A stretch of 64,000 nt of DNA, from the NCBI GenBank assembly GCA_035221665.1, contig CM069161.1, positions 3,348,001-3,412,000 of the forward strand, written 5' to 3'. Origin of the DNA: Okamejei kenojei. Lineage: Eukaryota. The translations under genes were made by a program, and so were the position numbers. The notes beneath the pieces were generated by a model. The model saw only the letters and a list, made by a program, of their open reading frames with translations, did not search any database and was not told the DNA's origin. Below are positions 50,070 to 63,205 of this stretch, one piece after another; position 1 is the stretch's first letter; the number at the start of each line of letters is the position of its first letter.

Positions 50070-50240
50070 AGATAAAAACAAAAATTGCTGGAAGCACTCA
50101 GCAGGTCAGGCAGCATCTGTGGGAGAGAAACAGTTGGTGTTTCAGGTCAATGATCTGATGATCATTTACTGTCTGATCTACCGAAAGCTTCCAACATTTT
50201 CTGTCTTTATTTCAGATTACCAACACCTGCAGCATTTAGA
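50070..50240. mobile_element. Old-family Penelope pLTR inverted pair
   Basis: tgctggaagcactcagcaggtcaggcagcatctgtgggagagaaac...gtttcaggtc followed by the opposite arm. Confidence 0.65.
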
Positions 50241-52017
50241 CTTTAATATATTGTTGAATGACAGTCTCCCTTAATGCAATCCTACAAGGCCTGAAAATCA
50301 AAAGAAAAATGCAGAGGCCTCACCAGATTTTCTATATCTCTCTCCCTACTCCTTCGCTTCAGCAGTTCACACCTCCTCTAGATTCAACTTTCGACTCATC
50401 ACCACTTCTTTTTGCCTGACACAATCAACACAGAGAGTTGATTCAGACAGAGGCAGAAAATAGGCCCAGTTGCATCAGGGTGGTCCTTCCAATTAGGATG
50501 GGAAAGCAGTAAAACATAGTGATGGTATTTCGGTTGGTGTGGTCATGGCAGAGTGGGAGCCAGGGTGTTGCTTATTGAAGAAGCGAAGGACATGTTCATA
50601 CAGAGCTGACAGCCCTGATGGATGAGTTCTGATGGAATCATTTGTATCTAACCTGCAACTCCGATGACCCTGGGCTAAGGGAAGATATTACTAACTGGGT
50701 TACCAGCCATCACCTCAGATGCAGAGTTCTAAAATATAACTTTTGACCATCGCTTTTCGCTTTCATGAACATTGTGTCGTAAGTGTTACTCCAAATTAAC
50801 GATGAGATAAAAATACATCAGATATGTACTGGGCATAATTCAAAGATTCAGATCGCGATCTGTGAATTCTAGTGTATTTTTGTACCTCGAGAAGAAATGT
50901 CACTTATTTTGAGATGACTTACAGCAAGTCATTTTCAGTTTGGTAGCTTTTGTGCCTACTGTTACCATGGCAATCTTTCTTCAGCAAAGAAAGCAAGCAG
51001 ACTGAGTAACCCTTTCCTCTGCTTTTTTTCACATATGTGTTTGCCCAGGTTTCATCCATTTGCTATTTGCTCAAACCCATCTGCTCACACTTATATTTAA
51101 TTAAATATAAATGCACTCTCAGGATTACATCCATACTACCCTTTTTGTATGCAATAAAATAGGTGAGACCCAGTAGTACTGTAGCCAAATCGATATCATT
51201 CATCACCATAAATACTCAGCAAGCTGTGGCATGGTTTTCACATATCCAAATATCACAACAAATTATGACACAGACTCCCACGCCCACATATAATCCAATT
51301 CAGGTTTGTTAATTTGTAAAAGTCCGTTATTATTTTCCATTCCTGACTCAGTAGTCGATGCAGATTACATAATCACCTCAGGCTTTATCTGTTGTTCAGG
51401 TGCATACATTTCATGCCTACATTTCATGCTTTAACCCAATAATCCTTCAGCATAATATCAGATATCAACTGTACCAGTCGCCAGCTCGGGATTTTGCTGA
51501 TGTTTCAGGGGAATAGTGGGACATAATTTTAGAATGCTGCTGCTTTATCAGACAGTCCATTATCTGGGAATTAAATGATGATATGGCTAACACCATAAGC
51601 TCATTGAATGTTGTGCACAGTTAATGGAGCAGATTAACCTGCTATTCAATGACGATGTTACACAGAAGCACATACGAACTAATACAATTCCCACCACTTA
51701 AATTATTGATTTTGTAGTAATCGATCAATTGGCTTGCTGTAAACTTACCATCATTAGCTTTTTGACAAGTAAAGGAGAAGGGGGGGGGGGGGAGAGAGAG
51801 GGGATACTGTTTCTGTTGACAGAAGAATTTGTGCCAGGAACCAAATATGGGATAATTTTTTTGATGCAGCTAATTATCATGTCCAGGAATCTCGAACCTG
51901 AGGAGGTGATGGAAGCACAATCAACTTAAAAAAACAAATCGGATTAATATTTGAAAGTGGAAACCACCACCAAAAAAATATGGGTATGCATGTCTGTGTG
52001 GGGCAGGGAGGGAAACA

Positions 52018-52475
52018 TGCAAGATAGAACAGTGCAGCACTGGAACAAGCCCTTCCGTCCACAATGTCTGTGATGAACACGGTGCCAAGATAAACTAATC
52101 TCATCTACCTGCACATGATCCATATCCCTCTGTTCTGATGAGTCTGATGAAGGGTCTCAATCCAAAACATCGCCTCTTCCTTTTCTCCAGAGATGCGGCC
52201 TGACCCGCTGAGTTACGGCAGCATTTTGAATGTTCCTTCTGAATGTTTCTATTTAAAAGACACTTAAATGCCACCATCGTACCTGTCTCCACCGTCTCCC
52301 CACCAATCATAGACAATAGACAATAGACAATAGGTGCAGGAGTAGGCCATTTGGCCCTTCAAGTCAGCATCGCCATTCAATGTGATCATGGCTGATTATC
52401 CCCAATCAGTACCCCGTTCCTGCCTGCTCTCCATATCCCCTGACTCCGCTATCATTAAGAGCCCTATCTAGCTCC
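52018..52475 (-). mobile_element. HER1 3' fragment with a pLTR insertion (52135-52228, +), followed by a CR1 3' end (52310-52475)
   Basis: gtctgatgaagggtctcaatccaaaacatc pLTR and a (tattgtc)n CR1 tail. Confidence 0.75.
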
Positions 52476-53628
52476 TAATGGGGAACAAGGGAACTGTGTA
52501 GAACTAATTGTGAAGCTTTTTCAAAAATCCAGCACTGCAATGATGGGCCAAATGGGTTCCACCCCCATGAGATATTTCAATGATGCCCATGATCTTTTAT
52601 AGTCAATAATAATGTAACTGCATGCACGCTATTTGGGGAATAATATTGATGTGACATCATAGCTAGAGATGTGAAGCTGTAATTCATTAAAGTGGACTTA
52701 TATTTTATCAGATAATGTTACAGCAGGTAACAATTCAGCAAAAGTAGTCTGTCAGATCATTCTGCATTCGAACCTGAAGCCTCGAAAACGTGCGCATAAT
52801 TGTCCTAATAAAGTGAATGGTTGCAATCTCAAAAGTACACGGTGTACCAGGATTCAGAACGTTCCAAGGTAATTGTGATTGTGCTTTACATCTCAAATGC
52901 CAACACCCTCAACACCAATCAGAACACACATTCTAGTCAAAACATGTTCTGAAATTGTGCAAATTGGACCCAATGACACCAAAGGAAAAAATATGCTGGA
53001 GCTAATTCATTTAACCCTGGCTTACTTTGAATAATTCCAAGAACATTTGGCTGATTTGTGATACTCAGAACTTAGTTTGAGCATTTGACATGCTTGCAGG
53101 GTAAGTGGTATCAGACTCAGTAGGAGTGAACGTCAGTTGTCTTGGGCTGAATAGGAATCAAGGTTTCTGCTCCCCGAACAATCTCCGGCAGACAAAGCAT
53201 ACAAAACAGCTTCATTAGTGCCGTTGTTTCAATCCCAGGTGAATCATTATCTTCTGCTAATAGACCTCAGATGAGGTTAAACTAGCAGAAACTTCACAGT
53301 CTTGTAATTAATAGGGAGTTCGATCAGCCATGAATTACATAGACAACATGCGAAAGAGAGTGCTATTTTTAGAATACATTTCTGTTCACAGATACAACTA
53401 CCACTGTTAAGAGATGGGACGATGTTAAAAGAAATGACTACAAAACAACAAAGAAGGATAGTGGTATTATCCAGACATCATCCAGAGGATAATAATTATA
53501 TTTCAGGAACATCAAACGCCACTGAGCCTAACATGACTCCTAAAGCAAAGGGCTCAATCCTTTCTACCCCTGGACAGAAGTCTTATCTCAAAGTAAAAAT
53601 TCACCCTGAAGAACAGCAAGGGGGAATA

Positions 53629-55027
53629 TAGAATCATAGAATCATAGAAAATAGGTGCAGGAGTTAGGCCATTCGAGCCTGCACCGCCATTCAATATGAT
53701 CATGGCTGATCATCCAACTCAGTATCCCGTACCTGCCTTCTCTCCATACCCCCTGATCCCTTTTAGCCACAAGGGCTACATCTAACTCCCTCTTAAATAG
53801 AGCCAATGAACTGGCCTCAACTAACTTCTGTGGCAGAGAATTCCAGAGACTCACCACTCTCTGTGTGAAAAAAGATCTTCTCATCTCCGTCCTAAAATAC
53901 TTCCCCCTTATCCTTAAACTGTGACCCCTTGTTCTGGAGTTCCCCAACATTGGGAACAATCTTCCTGCATCTAGCCTGTCCAACCCCTTAAGAATTTTGT
54001 AAGTCTCTATAAGATCCCCCCTCAATCTCCTAAATTCCAGCGAGTACAAGCCGAGTCAATCCAGTCTTTCTTCGTATGGAAGTCCTGTCATCCCAGGAAT
54101 CAGTCTGTTGAACCTTCTCTGTACTCCCTCTATGGCAAGAACGTCTTTCCTCAGATTAGGAGACCAAAACTGTACGCAATACTCCAGGTGTGGCCTCACC
54201 AAGACCCTGTACAACTGCAGTAGAACCTCCCTGCTCTTGTACTCAAATCCTTTTGCTATGAATGCCAACATACCATTCGCTTTCTTCACAGCCTGCTGCA
54301 CCTGCATGCCTACTTTCAATGACTGGTGTACCATGACACCCAGGTCTCGTTGCATCTCCCCTTTTCCTAATCGGCCACCATTCAAATAATAGTCTACCTT
54401 CCTGTTTTTGCCACCAAAGTGGATAACCTCACATTTATCCACATTATACTGCATCTGCCATGCATTTGCCCACTCACCCAACCTATCCAAGTCACCTTGC
54501 AGCCTCCTAGCATCCTCCTCACAGCTAACACTGCCCCCCAGCTTCGTGTCATCCGCAAACTTGGAGATGTTGCATTCAATCCCCTCATCCAGATCATTAA
54601 TATATATTGTAAATAGCTGGGGTCCCAGCACTGAGCCTTGCGGTACCCCACTAGTCACTGCCTGCCATTCTGAAAATGACCCGTTTACTCCTACTCTTTG
54701 CTTCCTGTCTGCCAGCCAGTTCTCTATCCACATCAATACTGAACCGCCAATACCGTGTGCTTTAAGTTTGTATACTAATCTCTTATGTGGGACCTTGTCG
54801 AAAGCCTTCTGAAAGTCCAGATATAACACATCCACAGGTTCTCCCTTATCCACTCTACTAGTTACATCCTCAAAAAATTCTATAAGATTCGTCAGACATG
54901 ATTTAACTTTTGTAAATCCATGCTGAATTTGTCCAATGATTTCACCGCTTTCCAAATGTGCTGCTGTCCCATCTTTAATAACTGACTCTAGCATTTTCCC
55001 CACTACCGATGTTAGACTAACTGGTCT
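53629..55027 (-). mobile_element. 5'-truncated CR1 LINE with most of the RT
   Basis: ORF 54056-55063 [40 protein letters not shown]; (attctatg)n tail. Confidence 0.95.
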
Positions 55028-55173
55028 AACATCGGTATATCTGTCGAAAATTCCTACAATCACTTTCAGTGGTTGGGATGTCTTACTGTATTAAAGTCCT
55101 CACTGTATATAAATCCAAACAGCACATTGGGAACATAAATTCACCCCCTTAAACCTGCTCCATCATTCAATAA

Positions 55174-55494
55174 TGTGTAACAAAGAACTGCAGATGCTGT
55201 TTTAAACCGAAGATAGACACAAAAAGCTGCAGTAACTCAGCGGGTCAGATGGCATCTCTGTTGTGAAGGAATGGGTGACATTACCTGTTTAGGAAGGAAC
55301 TGCAGATGATAGAATATCGAAGGTAGACAAAAGTGCTGGAGAAACTCAGCGGGTGCAGCAGCATCTATAGAGCGAAGGAAATAGGCAACGTTTCGGGCCG
55401 AAACCCTTCTTCAGACCGGGTGACATTACCTATTCCTTTTCTCCAGAGATGCTGTCTGAACCGCTGAGCTGCTCCAGCCCTTTGTGTCTATCTT
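55174..55494. mobile_element. pLTR pair with a younger pLTR (55287-55417, minus) nested at its centre
   Basis: Inner TSD gggtgacattacct (55273-55286 / 55418-55431). Outer TSD ccatcattcaataa (55160-55173) / ccaccattcgataa (55495-55508). Confidence 0.9.
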
Positions 55495-55789
55495 CCACCA
55501 TTCGATAAGGTCACGGAGGAGATGTAACCCACGCCCACCTTTTCTCTACATCCCTTCATGCCTTGCAAAAACGTGTTAACTTTAGTTTCAAACTTTAGTT
55601 AAGATATTTACAGAAGTTTGTCTGTGCCTCTTAAGCTTGCATTTTTGATCTTCATTAGGTTAAAGGTACTAAACAAACATGTTGTTATATTGAGGCAGGA
55701 GAACACTGTTTGGTAAAATGAAAATAATGGTCCAGTTTGTTTTTAATGGGTGGCTATTGTTATTGGGGGATAGAGTCAAAGGGACATCA

Positions 55790-56053
55790 CACTGCCGGAG
55801 ACCCAGGTTCGGGCACCGTCTGTGCAGAGTTTGCACGTTCTCCCTGTGACCATGTGGGTTTTTCCTGGGTTTTCCGGTTACCTCCCACAATCCAAAGACA
55901 TGCGGGTTTGTAGGTTAATTGGCTTCTGTAAATCGTCCCTAGTGCATAGGGAACAAAAGTGGGATAACATAGAACTAGTGTAGGGGGGTTTGATGGCCAG
56001 CATGGACTTGGTGGGCTGAAGGGCCTTTTTCCACAATGTATCTCTAAATAAAC
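55790..56053 (+). mobile_element. HE1-type SINE
   Basis: V-domain and HER1-like tail. Confidence 0.85.
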
Positions 56054-57152
56054 TATTGGTGTGGAGCTCAGGACCTCAACCTTATGATCTGAAGTTCTAG
56101 GTGCTACGACTGAACCATGGAGAACCACAGCAATGACAGCACAGTGTGCAGATCAACTGCCCTGAAACAATGCAATATCTGAATTTTTATGAAACTATAA
56201 ATCCTGGTTTCTATTAGCAACCAAAGATATGAACAAATATAAAGCCAGAATCTCGACTGCCGTTTCCACTGGTGCATCAGTGAATGGTGCATCGTGGCTC
56301 AGCTGATGATATTGCTGGATTATGTAGAAAGGTCATACATTTTGGGTTTGGGCTGATATGTGCTAGACCCTCAGTGTGGCTGCCTTTGTACGTTATAGCT
56401 CGGTTTACTCCAAGCAATTACAATTATATTAAAACCACCACGAGGTGATGTAGTGCCTTTAATACAACCCAGTGCAATCTTAGAGATCAGGCTGCCACAT
56501 CTGAATTGGCTCCAAGCTGAGCTACAAATAATTGACATTTGTTCAGTCCTCGTACTTCAGCTCATTAAAACATCTGAATCATTATTTTTCATTCTTGCAC
56601 CCCCCAAAATTGTCTCATGAATCATTTACACTGGATGCCATGGGCAACTAATGTCACTAATTAATCTTGTCACTTAATTTTCTTGAACTGGCAAATAAAT
56701 TACAAGATTTATTAATGTAACTGTCTGCAAGCTCGAGACAGCAGAATATTACAAGGTTTCATTCTGATGTTATGCCTGGAACAAAACAAATGACGTAAAA
56801 CAGATTTTCCTGTAAAGTTAAAGCCTCCAGTTATTGAGAGAATCAACTTTCTGCTGCTACTCTTGCTACTTTACTGCCTCTACTCTTTCCCTGGTTCAGT
56901 TCCAGTGGTATCATTGGTGTCAAGCAACAGTGTGTCTCAATGCTTTCTTGGTTGTGGTGCCAGTCCCACTTCAAAGGCATGTTCAGACAATGTTGGCAGA
57001 GACTCCAGCGCAATACTAAGAGAGTGCTAAACTGCCAGAGGTTCCAACTCTGATATAAACCCTGCATTGCAGCTTGGAGCCAATTCAGGCATGGCAGCTT
57101 GACCTGCAACCCTGCATTAGAATGCATGAAAAGTAAGACATGGGCTTACCTG

Positions 57153-57232
57153 AAGCTGCCTGTCCCGCTGAATTACTCCAACATTTTGTGTCCACCTTCG
57201 GTGTAAACCAGCATCTGCAGTTCCTTCCTATA
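57153..57232 (+). mobile_element. 5'-truncated pLTR lacking the hammerhead
   Basis: gctgcctgtcccgctgaattactccaac...cagcatctgcagttccttcc. Confidence 0.8.
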
Positions 57233-58274
57233 CTTTACAGAGGCTGACTGCTTCTCGGTACTTGGACTAAATCAAATTAATTAGATAATGTGATGTAGCC
57301 GTTCTAAGTGACTCAGTATTGCAATGAGTGCCCATTCATGTCGTAAAAAAATCCAATAATATGAGATTAATTCTACCCCTACAGCCATGCTGCAGCCATT
57401 CGGAATGTGTTTAAATTAACAAATTCACATTCCCAGTCTTGGCTAGATTTTTGTCAGAACTGATCAAATGATAAATCCCTGTCTATCTAGAATATTAACG
57501 CAGCTTCCTCTCTCCATGGAAGCTGCCTGGTCTGCTGATTTTATTGCAGATGTCCAGTCTCTGTAATTTTTTTCTAACGCCCCTTCTTATAAAGGAAGTA
57601 TGACCCAACAGGAAATGAATTGGACTTCTTAGGCAACCCAGCCTATTTGCACTCAGCATTGCCTTACGTTCACTCTATGGTACAGTGCTGTAGCTGGCAC
57701 CATCTAGTAACCTTCACTGATACAGACAACACAGACGGACCAGTAACAAACTTCACGGCTACCCTCTGAGAGCTTCAGGAGTTTCCCCGAGCAGATGGTG
57801 CTACCTCACAGTGACGTCTGCTGAGCTCCACATTCCTGGAGTGAAAGTGGCCGGCAGAGTGTGGAGGTGAATATCTGAGCTCGGAATCAGAAATGATTTG
57901 AAGACTAAAACAGTCCGAAGTAACTAAGATAAACTTAGATAAAGCAGTAAGATAAGCCTCCTCAGCATTCGATTCGCCTGCATACTGATGATCAGAAGAT
58001 GCTGGTTTGTTTGTTCTGATATGTAGAACAACTGGATTATTTTTATTTAAACAGACAAATTCAAATACTTCAGTTTGAAGTACATTTTGTTCAATATTTT
58101 GTGACTGAAGCAGTTTACTGGTTGTACGATCATCTAAAAATGTTGCAAGACGAGAAACAGCACTGGGAATTATGTTGTATCAATAAAGCTTATCATATAA
58201 ATCCCTCTTGATTGATTAATCAATTCATTATGAATATGACATTTAAGTGAGGATTAATACTAATTGCAGTGGCA

Positions 58275-58565
58275 AGATGAGAGGGGAAAAGTTAAAGGTG
58301 AGAGGGGGGAAAGAGTTAATATGCTCCCGTGGGGCAACGTTTTCACTTAGAGCGTGGTGGGCATATGAAACGAGCTGCCAGAGGAGGTAGTTGAGGCAGG
58401 TACAATAACAATATTTAAAAGACATTTGGGTAGGTACATGGATTGGAAAGGTTTAAAGGGATGTGAGTCAAATGCAGGCAAATGGGATTAGCTTAGATGG
58501 GACATCTTGGTCGGCATGGATGAGTTGGGCTGAAGGGCCTGTTTCCACGTTGTATAATTCTATGA
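58275..58565 (+). mobile_element. HER1/CR1 LINE 3' end
   Basis: ttaaaggtgagagggggaaag...gaagggcctgtttccacgttgtataattctatga. Confidence 0.85.
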
Positions 58566-59113
58566 CACTAAGTTATGTTCAAAGAGAGCATAGACCAGTA
58601 TTGCCGCTTTAACATTAGCCAACGTTATAATTTGCAAGAGAGTTTACGGAAGAAAGTCTAACAAGGCAGCAGGATCAGGCTACAGTGCCATATGCCTGTT
58701 CTGCCACTTACAAAGTAGGGACAAAAGATCTCATTCCATCTAACAAGCCGTCGTTGTCTTGCAACACAGGGGACAGTTCGACCCACTATGTTGGCCTCAG
58801 CTCTTCATTCCTCTGACTCCAGCTAGTTACAGCCCTCATCAGATGTCTCGCCCTGTTCCCTTGAACTAGTTCCTAAACCGACCCTTGCTTTTCGTCTCTC
58901 CGTAAATATCTTTCTGCTTACCCTGCTGTTTAACCAAAACTGTCTTCATGTCTTCTTCCTGGACACAGAATTGCCTTTCTTGACATGCCTAAGAATTAGA
59001 TAATAATATTAAAGCTTCATGCACATACAAGTGACTGGTGAAAGCACTAGCTTTGTTTTCCATATAAAAGGTGGAATAATGGTACGTTATCCCTAATCTA
59101 CCAACCATGTCCT

Positions 59114-59206
59114 AAAGATAGACACAAAGTGCTGAAGTAAATCAGCGGGTCAGGCAGCATCTCCGGAGAAAAAGGATGGGTGATGTTTCGGGTCGGGACC
59201 CAGTCT
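59114..59206 (-). mobile_element. Left arm of a pLTR pair split by the 4-kb CR1
   Basis: aagatagacacaaagtgctg...gtttcgggtcgggacccagtct. Confidence 0.85.
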
Positions 59207-59314
59207 AAATAGACAATAGACAATAGACAATAGGTGCAGGAGTAGGCCATTCGGCCCTTCGAGCCAGCACCGTCATTCAATGTGATCATGGCTGATCATC
59301 CCCAATCAGTACCC

Positions 59315-62242
59315 CGTTCCTGCCTTCTCCCCATATCCCCTGACTCCGCTATTTTTAAGAGCCCTATCTAGCTCTCTCTTGAAAGCATCCAGAGAACCTG
59401 CCTCCACCACCCTCCGAGGCAGAGAATTCCACAAGACTTACAACTCTCTGTGAGAAAAAGTATTTCCTTGTCTCCGTTCTAAATGGCTTACTCTTTATTC
59501 TTAAACTGTGGCCCCTGGTTCTGGACTCCCCCAACATCGGGAACATGTTTCCTGCCTCTAGCGTGTTCAAACCCTTAACAATCTTATATGTTTCAATAAG
59601 ATTTCCTCTCATCCTTCTATACTCCAGACTGTACAAGCTCAGCTGCTCCATTCTCTCAGCATATGACAGTCCCGCCATCCGGGGAATTAAACCTTGTAAA
59701 CCTACGCTGCACTCCCTCAATAGCAAGAATGTCCTTCCTCAAATTAGGGGACCAAAACTGCACATAATACTTCAGGTGTGGTCTCACTAGGGCTCTGTAC
59801 AACTGCAGAAGGACCCCTTTGCTCCTATAACTCTTGTCATAAAGGCCAACATGCCATTCGCTTTCTTCACTGCCTGCTGTACCTGCATGCTTACTTTCAT
59901 AGACTGATGAACAAGGACCCCCAGATCCCGTTGTACTTCCCCTTTACCCAACTTGACGCCATTTAGATAGTAATCTGCCTTCCTGTTTTTGCTACCAAAG
60001 TGGATAACCTCACATTTATCCGCATTAAACTTCATCTGCCATGCATCTGCCCACTCACCCAACCTGTCCAAGTCACCCTACATTCTCATAGCATCCTCCT
60101 CACAGTTCACACTGCCACCCAGCTTTGTGTCATCTGCAAATATGCTAATGTTACTTTGAATCCCTTCATCCAAATCATTGATGTATATTGTAAATAGCTG
60201 CGGTCCCAGCACCGAGCCTTGCGGTACCCCACTAGTCACTGCCTGGCATTCTGAAAGGGACCCGTTAATCCCTACTCTCTGTTTCCTGTCTGCCAACCAC
60301 TTCTCGATCCATGTCAGCACTCTACCCCCAATACCATGTGCCCTCATTTTGCCCACTAATCTCCTATGTGGGACCTTATCAAATGCTTTCTGAAAGTCCA
60401 GGTACACTACATCCACTGGCTCTCCCTTGTCCATTTTCCAAGTTACATCTTCAAAAAATTCCAGAAGATTAGTCAAGCATGATTTCCCCTTCGTAAATCC
60501 ATGCTGACTCGGACCGATCCTGTTACTGCTATCCAAATGTTCAGCTATCTCATCTTTTATAATTGACTCCAGCATCTTCCCCACCATCGATGTCAGGCTA
60601 ACTGGTCTATAATTCCCTGTTTTCTCTCTCCCGCCTTTCTTAAAAAGTGGGATAACATTAGCTACCCTCCAATCCACAGGAACTGATCCTGAGTCTATAG
60701 AACATTGGAAAAGTATCACCAATACATCCACGATTTCCAGTACCACTTAAGGAAGCCACTTCCTTAAGTACCCTGGGATGCAAACCATCAGGCCCTGGGG
60801 ATTTATTAGCCTTCAGTCCCATCAGTCTAGCCAAAACCATTTCCTGCCTAATGTGGATTTCCTTCAGTTCCTCCGTCACCCCAGATCCTCTGGCCACTAT
60901 TATATCAGGAAGATTGTTTGTGTCCTCCTTAGTGAAGACAAATCCAAAGTACCTGTTCAACTCATCTGCCATTTCCTTGTTCCCCATAATAAATTCACCC
61001 TTTTCAGTCTTCAAGGGTCCAGCTTTGGTCTTAACTAATTTTTTTCCTCTTCACATACCTAAAGAAGCTTTTACTATCCTGCTTTATATTCTTGGCTAGC
61101 TTACCTTCGTACCTCATCTTTTCTCCCCGTATTGTCTTTTTGGTTATCTTCTGTTGCTCTTTAATCATTACCCAATCATCTTGCTTCCCGCTCATCTTTG
61201 CTACGTTGTACTTCTTCCCTTTCATTTTTATACTGTCCCTGACGTCCCTTGTCAGCCATGGTTGTCCCTTTCTCCTCTTGGAATCTTTTTTCCTCCTAGG
61301 AATGAACTGATCCTGCACCTTCTGTATTATTCTTAGAAACACCTGCCATTGTTGTTCCACTGTCATCCCTGCTAGTGTATCTTTCCAGTCAACTTTGGCC
61401 AGCTCCTCCCTCATAGCTCCATAGTCCCCTTTATTCAACTGTAACACTGACACCTCCGATCTACCCTTCTCCCTCTCCAATTGTAGATTAAACCTGCCCA
61501 CGTTATGGGCACTGCCTCCAAATGGCTCATTAACCTCGAGGTCCTTTATCAAATCCGGTTCATTACATAACACTAAATCCAGAATTGCCTTCTCTCTGGG
61601 AGGCTCCAATACAAGCTGTTAGAAGAATCCATCATGAAGGCACTCTACAAAGTCCCTATCTTGGGGTCCAGTACCAACCTGATTTTCCCAGTCTACCTGC
61701 ATGTTGAAATCTCCCATAACAACCACAGCATTACTTTTACTACATGCCAATTTTAACTCCTGATTCAAATTGCGCCCTATGTCCAGGCTACTGTTTGGGG
61801 GCCTGTAGATTAGTCCCATTAGGGTCTTTTTACCCTTACAATTCCTTAGTTCGATCCATACTGACTCCACATCTCCTGTTTCAATGTCACCCCTTGCAAG
61901 GGACTGAATTTCATTCCTCACCAACAGGGCAACCCCACCCCCTCTGCCCACCTGTCTGACTTTTCGATAGGAGGTATATTGAATATCCTTGAATATTCAG
62001 TTCCCAGCCCTGGCCCTCTTGCAGCCATGTCTCAGTACATCATACTTGCTAGTTTCTAACTGAGCCTCAAGCTCGTCCACTTTATTCCTTATACTTTGCA
62101 CATTCATATACAGCACTTTGACCTCTGTATTCTCGTCCCCCCTCGCACCGCTCGCAATTGGCCCTGACCTTACTCTGTTGTCCATTCTCGAGCTTTCCTT
62201 CCCATTAATTCGAGAATCATTTGTAAATTTTCGTGTCGTCAC
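59315..62242 (-). pseudogene. CR1 ORF2 (AP endonuclease + reverse transcriptase), frameshifted
   Basis: APE motifs VLYMNVQSIRNK, GRGGGVAL, IYRPP, MGDFN, LDLV, SAH(N). RT motifs [34 protein letters not shown]. Confidence 0.95.
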
Positions 62243-62244
62243 TT

Positions 62245-63205
62245 GCCCTTCAAATCCATCTTTATATTCCTAATTTGTCAATCCTTTTCCCCCCCACAAT
62301 TAAGTTTAAACCCACACGTGTAGCCCTAGCAAACCTGCCAGCCAGAATGTCGGTCCACCTCCAGTTAAGATGTAACCCGTCCCTTTTGTACAGGTCACCC
62401 CTACCCCAGAAGAGATCCCAGTGGTCTATAAATCAAAATCCTTGCTCCCTGCTCCAGCCCCTCAGGCACATTCAGATCCCCTATCTCCCTGTTCCTGTCC
62501 TCACTAGCACGAGGTACTGGAAGCAATCCAGAAATAACCACCCTAGAAGTCTACCATTTCAGTCTTCTTCCCAGCTCTCTGAACTCATGTTGGAGAACCT
62601 CCTTCCTCTTCTTCCCGATGCCGTTTGTGCCTACGTGTTCAACTACTGCCGGCTGTTCACCTTCCCTCTCGAGGATGTTCAGAATTTGGCCCGTGACATC
62701 CTGAACCCTGGCACCAGGGAGGCAACAGACCATCCTCGCATCTCGTCTGCCGCCACAGAATCTCCTGTCCGCTCCTCGGACAATGTAGTCACCCACCACT
62801 AGGGCTCTGCCCGGCGTCAGTCTCGCCGGTCGAGTCCCATCTCTAGGATTGGAGCCACCATGTGTGTCCACCGCTCGGACTGGAAACATCATCTCCCCGG
62901 ACAGTTCCCAAGAGGGCGTACCTGTTTTCATTAGGCACAGCCACCTGAGTCTTCTGCACTCCACGATTTCCACTCTTTCTCTCCATCACACACCTTGGTT
63001 CTTCCCGTACCCTCTGCGTGACTACCTCACTGTAGGTCCTGTCCAGGAAACTCACATTTTCCCAGATGGCCCTGAGGTCATCCAGCTGCTTCTCCAGTGC
63101 CCCAACACGGTCCTTTAGGAGCTGAAACTGTACGCACTTGCCACAGTTGTAGCAGCCAGAGGCTCCATCTGTGTCCCTGGGCTCCCACATTCTGCAAGCC
63201 TCACA
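62245..63205 (-). pseudogene. CR1 ORF1: Cys zinc finger/leucine zipper + SGNH esterase domain
   Basis: QCEACRMWE...YNCGKC, LLKDRVGALEKQLDDL, ALVVGD(Y)IVRG, CLPGARV, HVGTN. Confidence 0.88.

Larger units (their letters stand above)
59207..63205 (-). mobile_element. Near full-length CR1 LINE (ORF1 + ORF2), 5'UTR missing
   Basis: (tattgtc)n tail at 59208-59231 and a continuous domain order: zinc finger, esterase, APE, RT. Confidence 0.95.
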
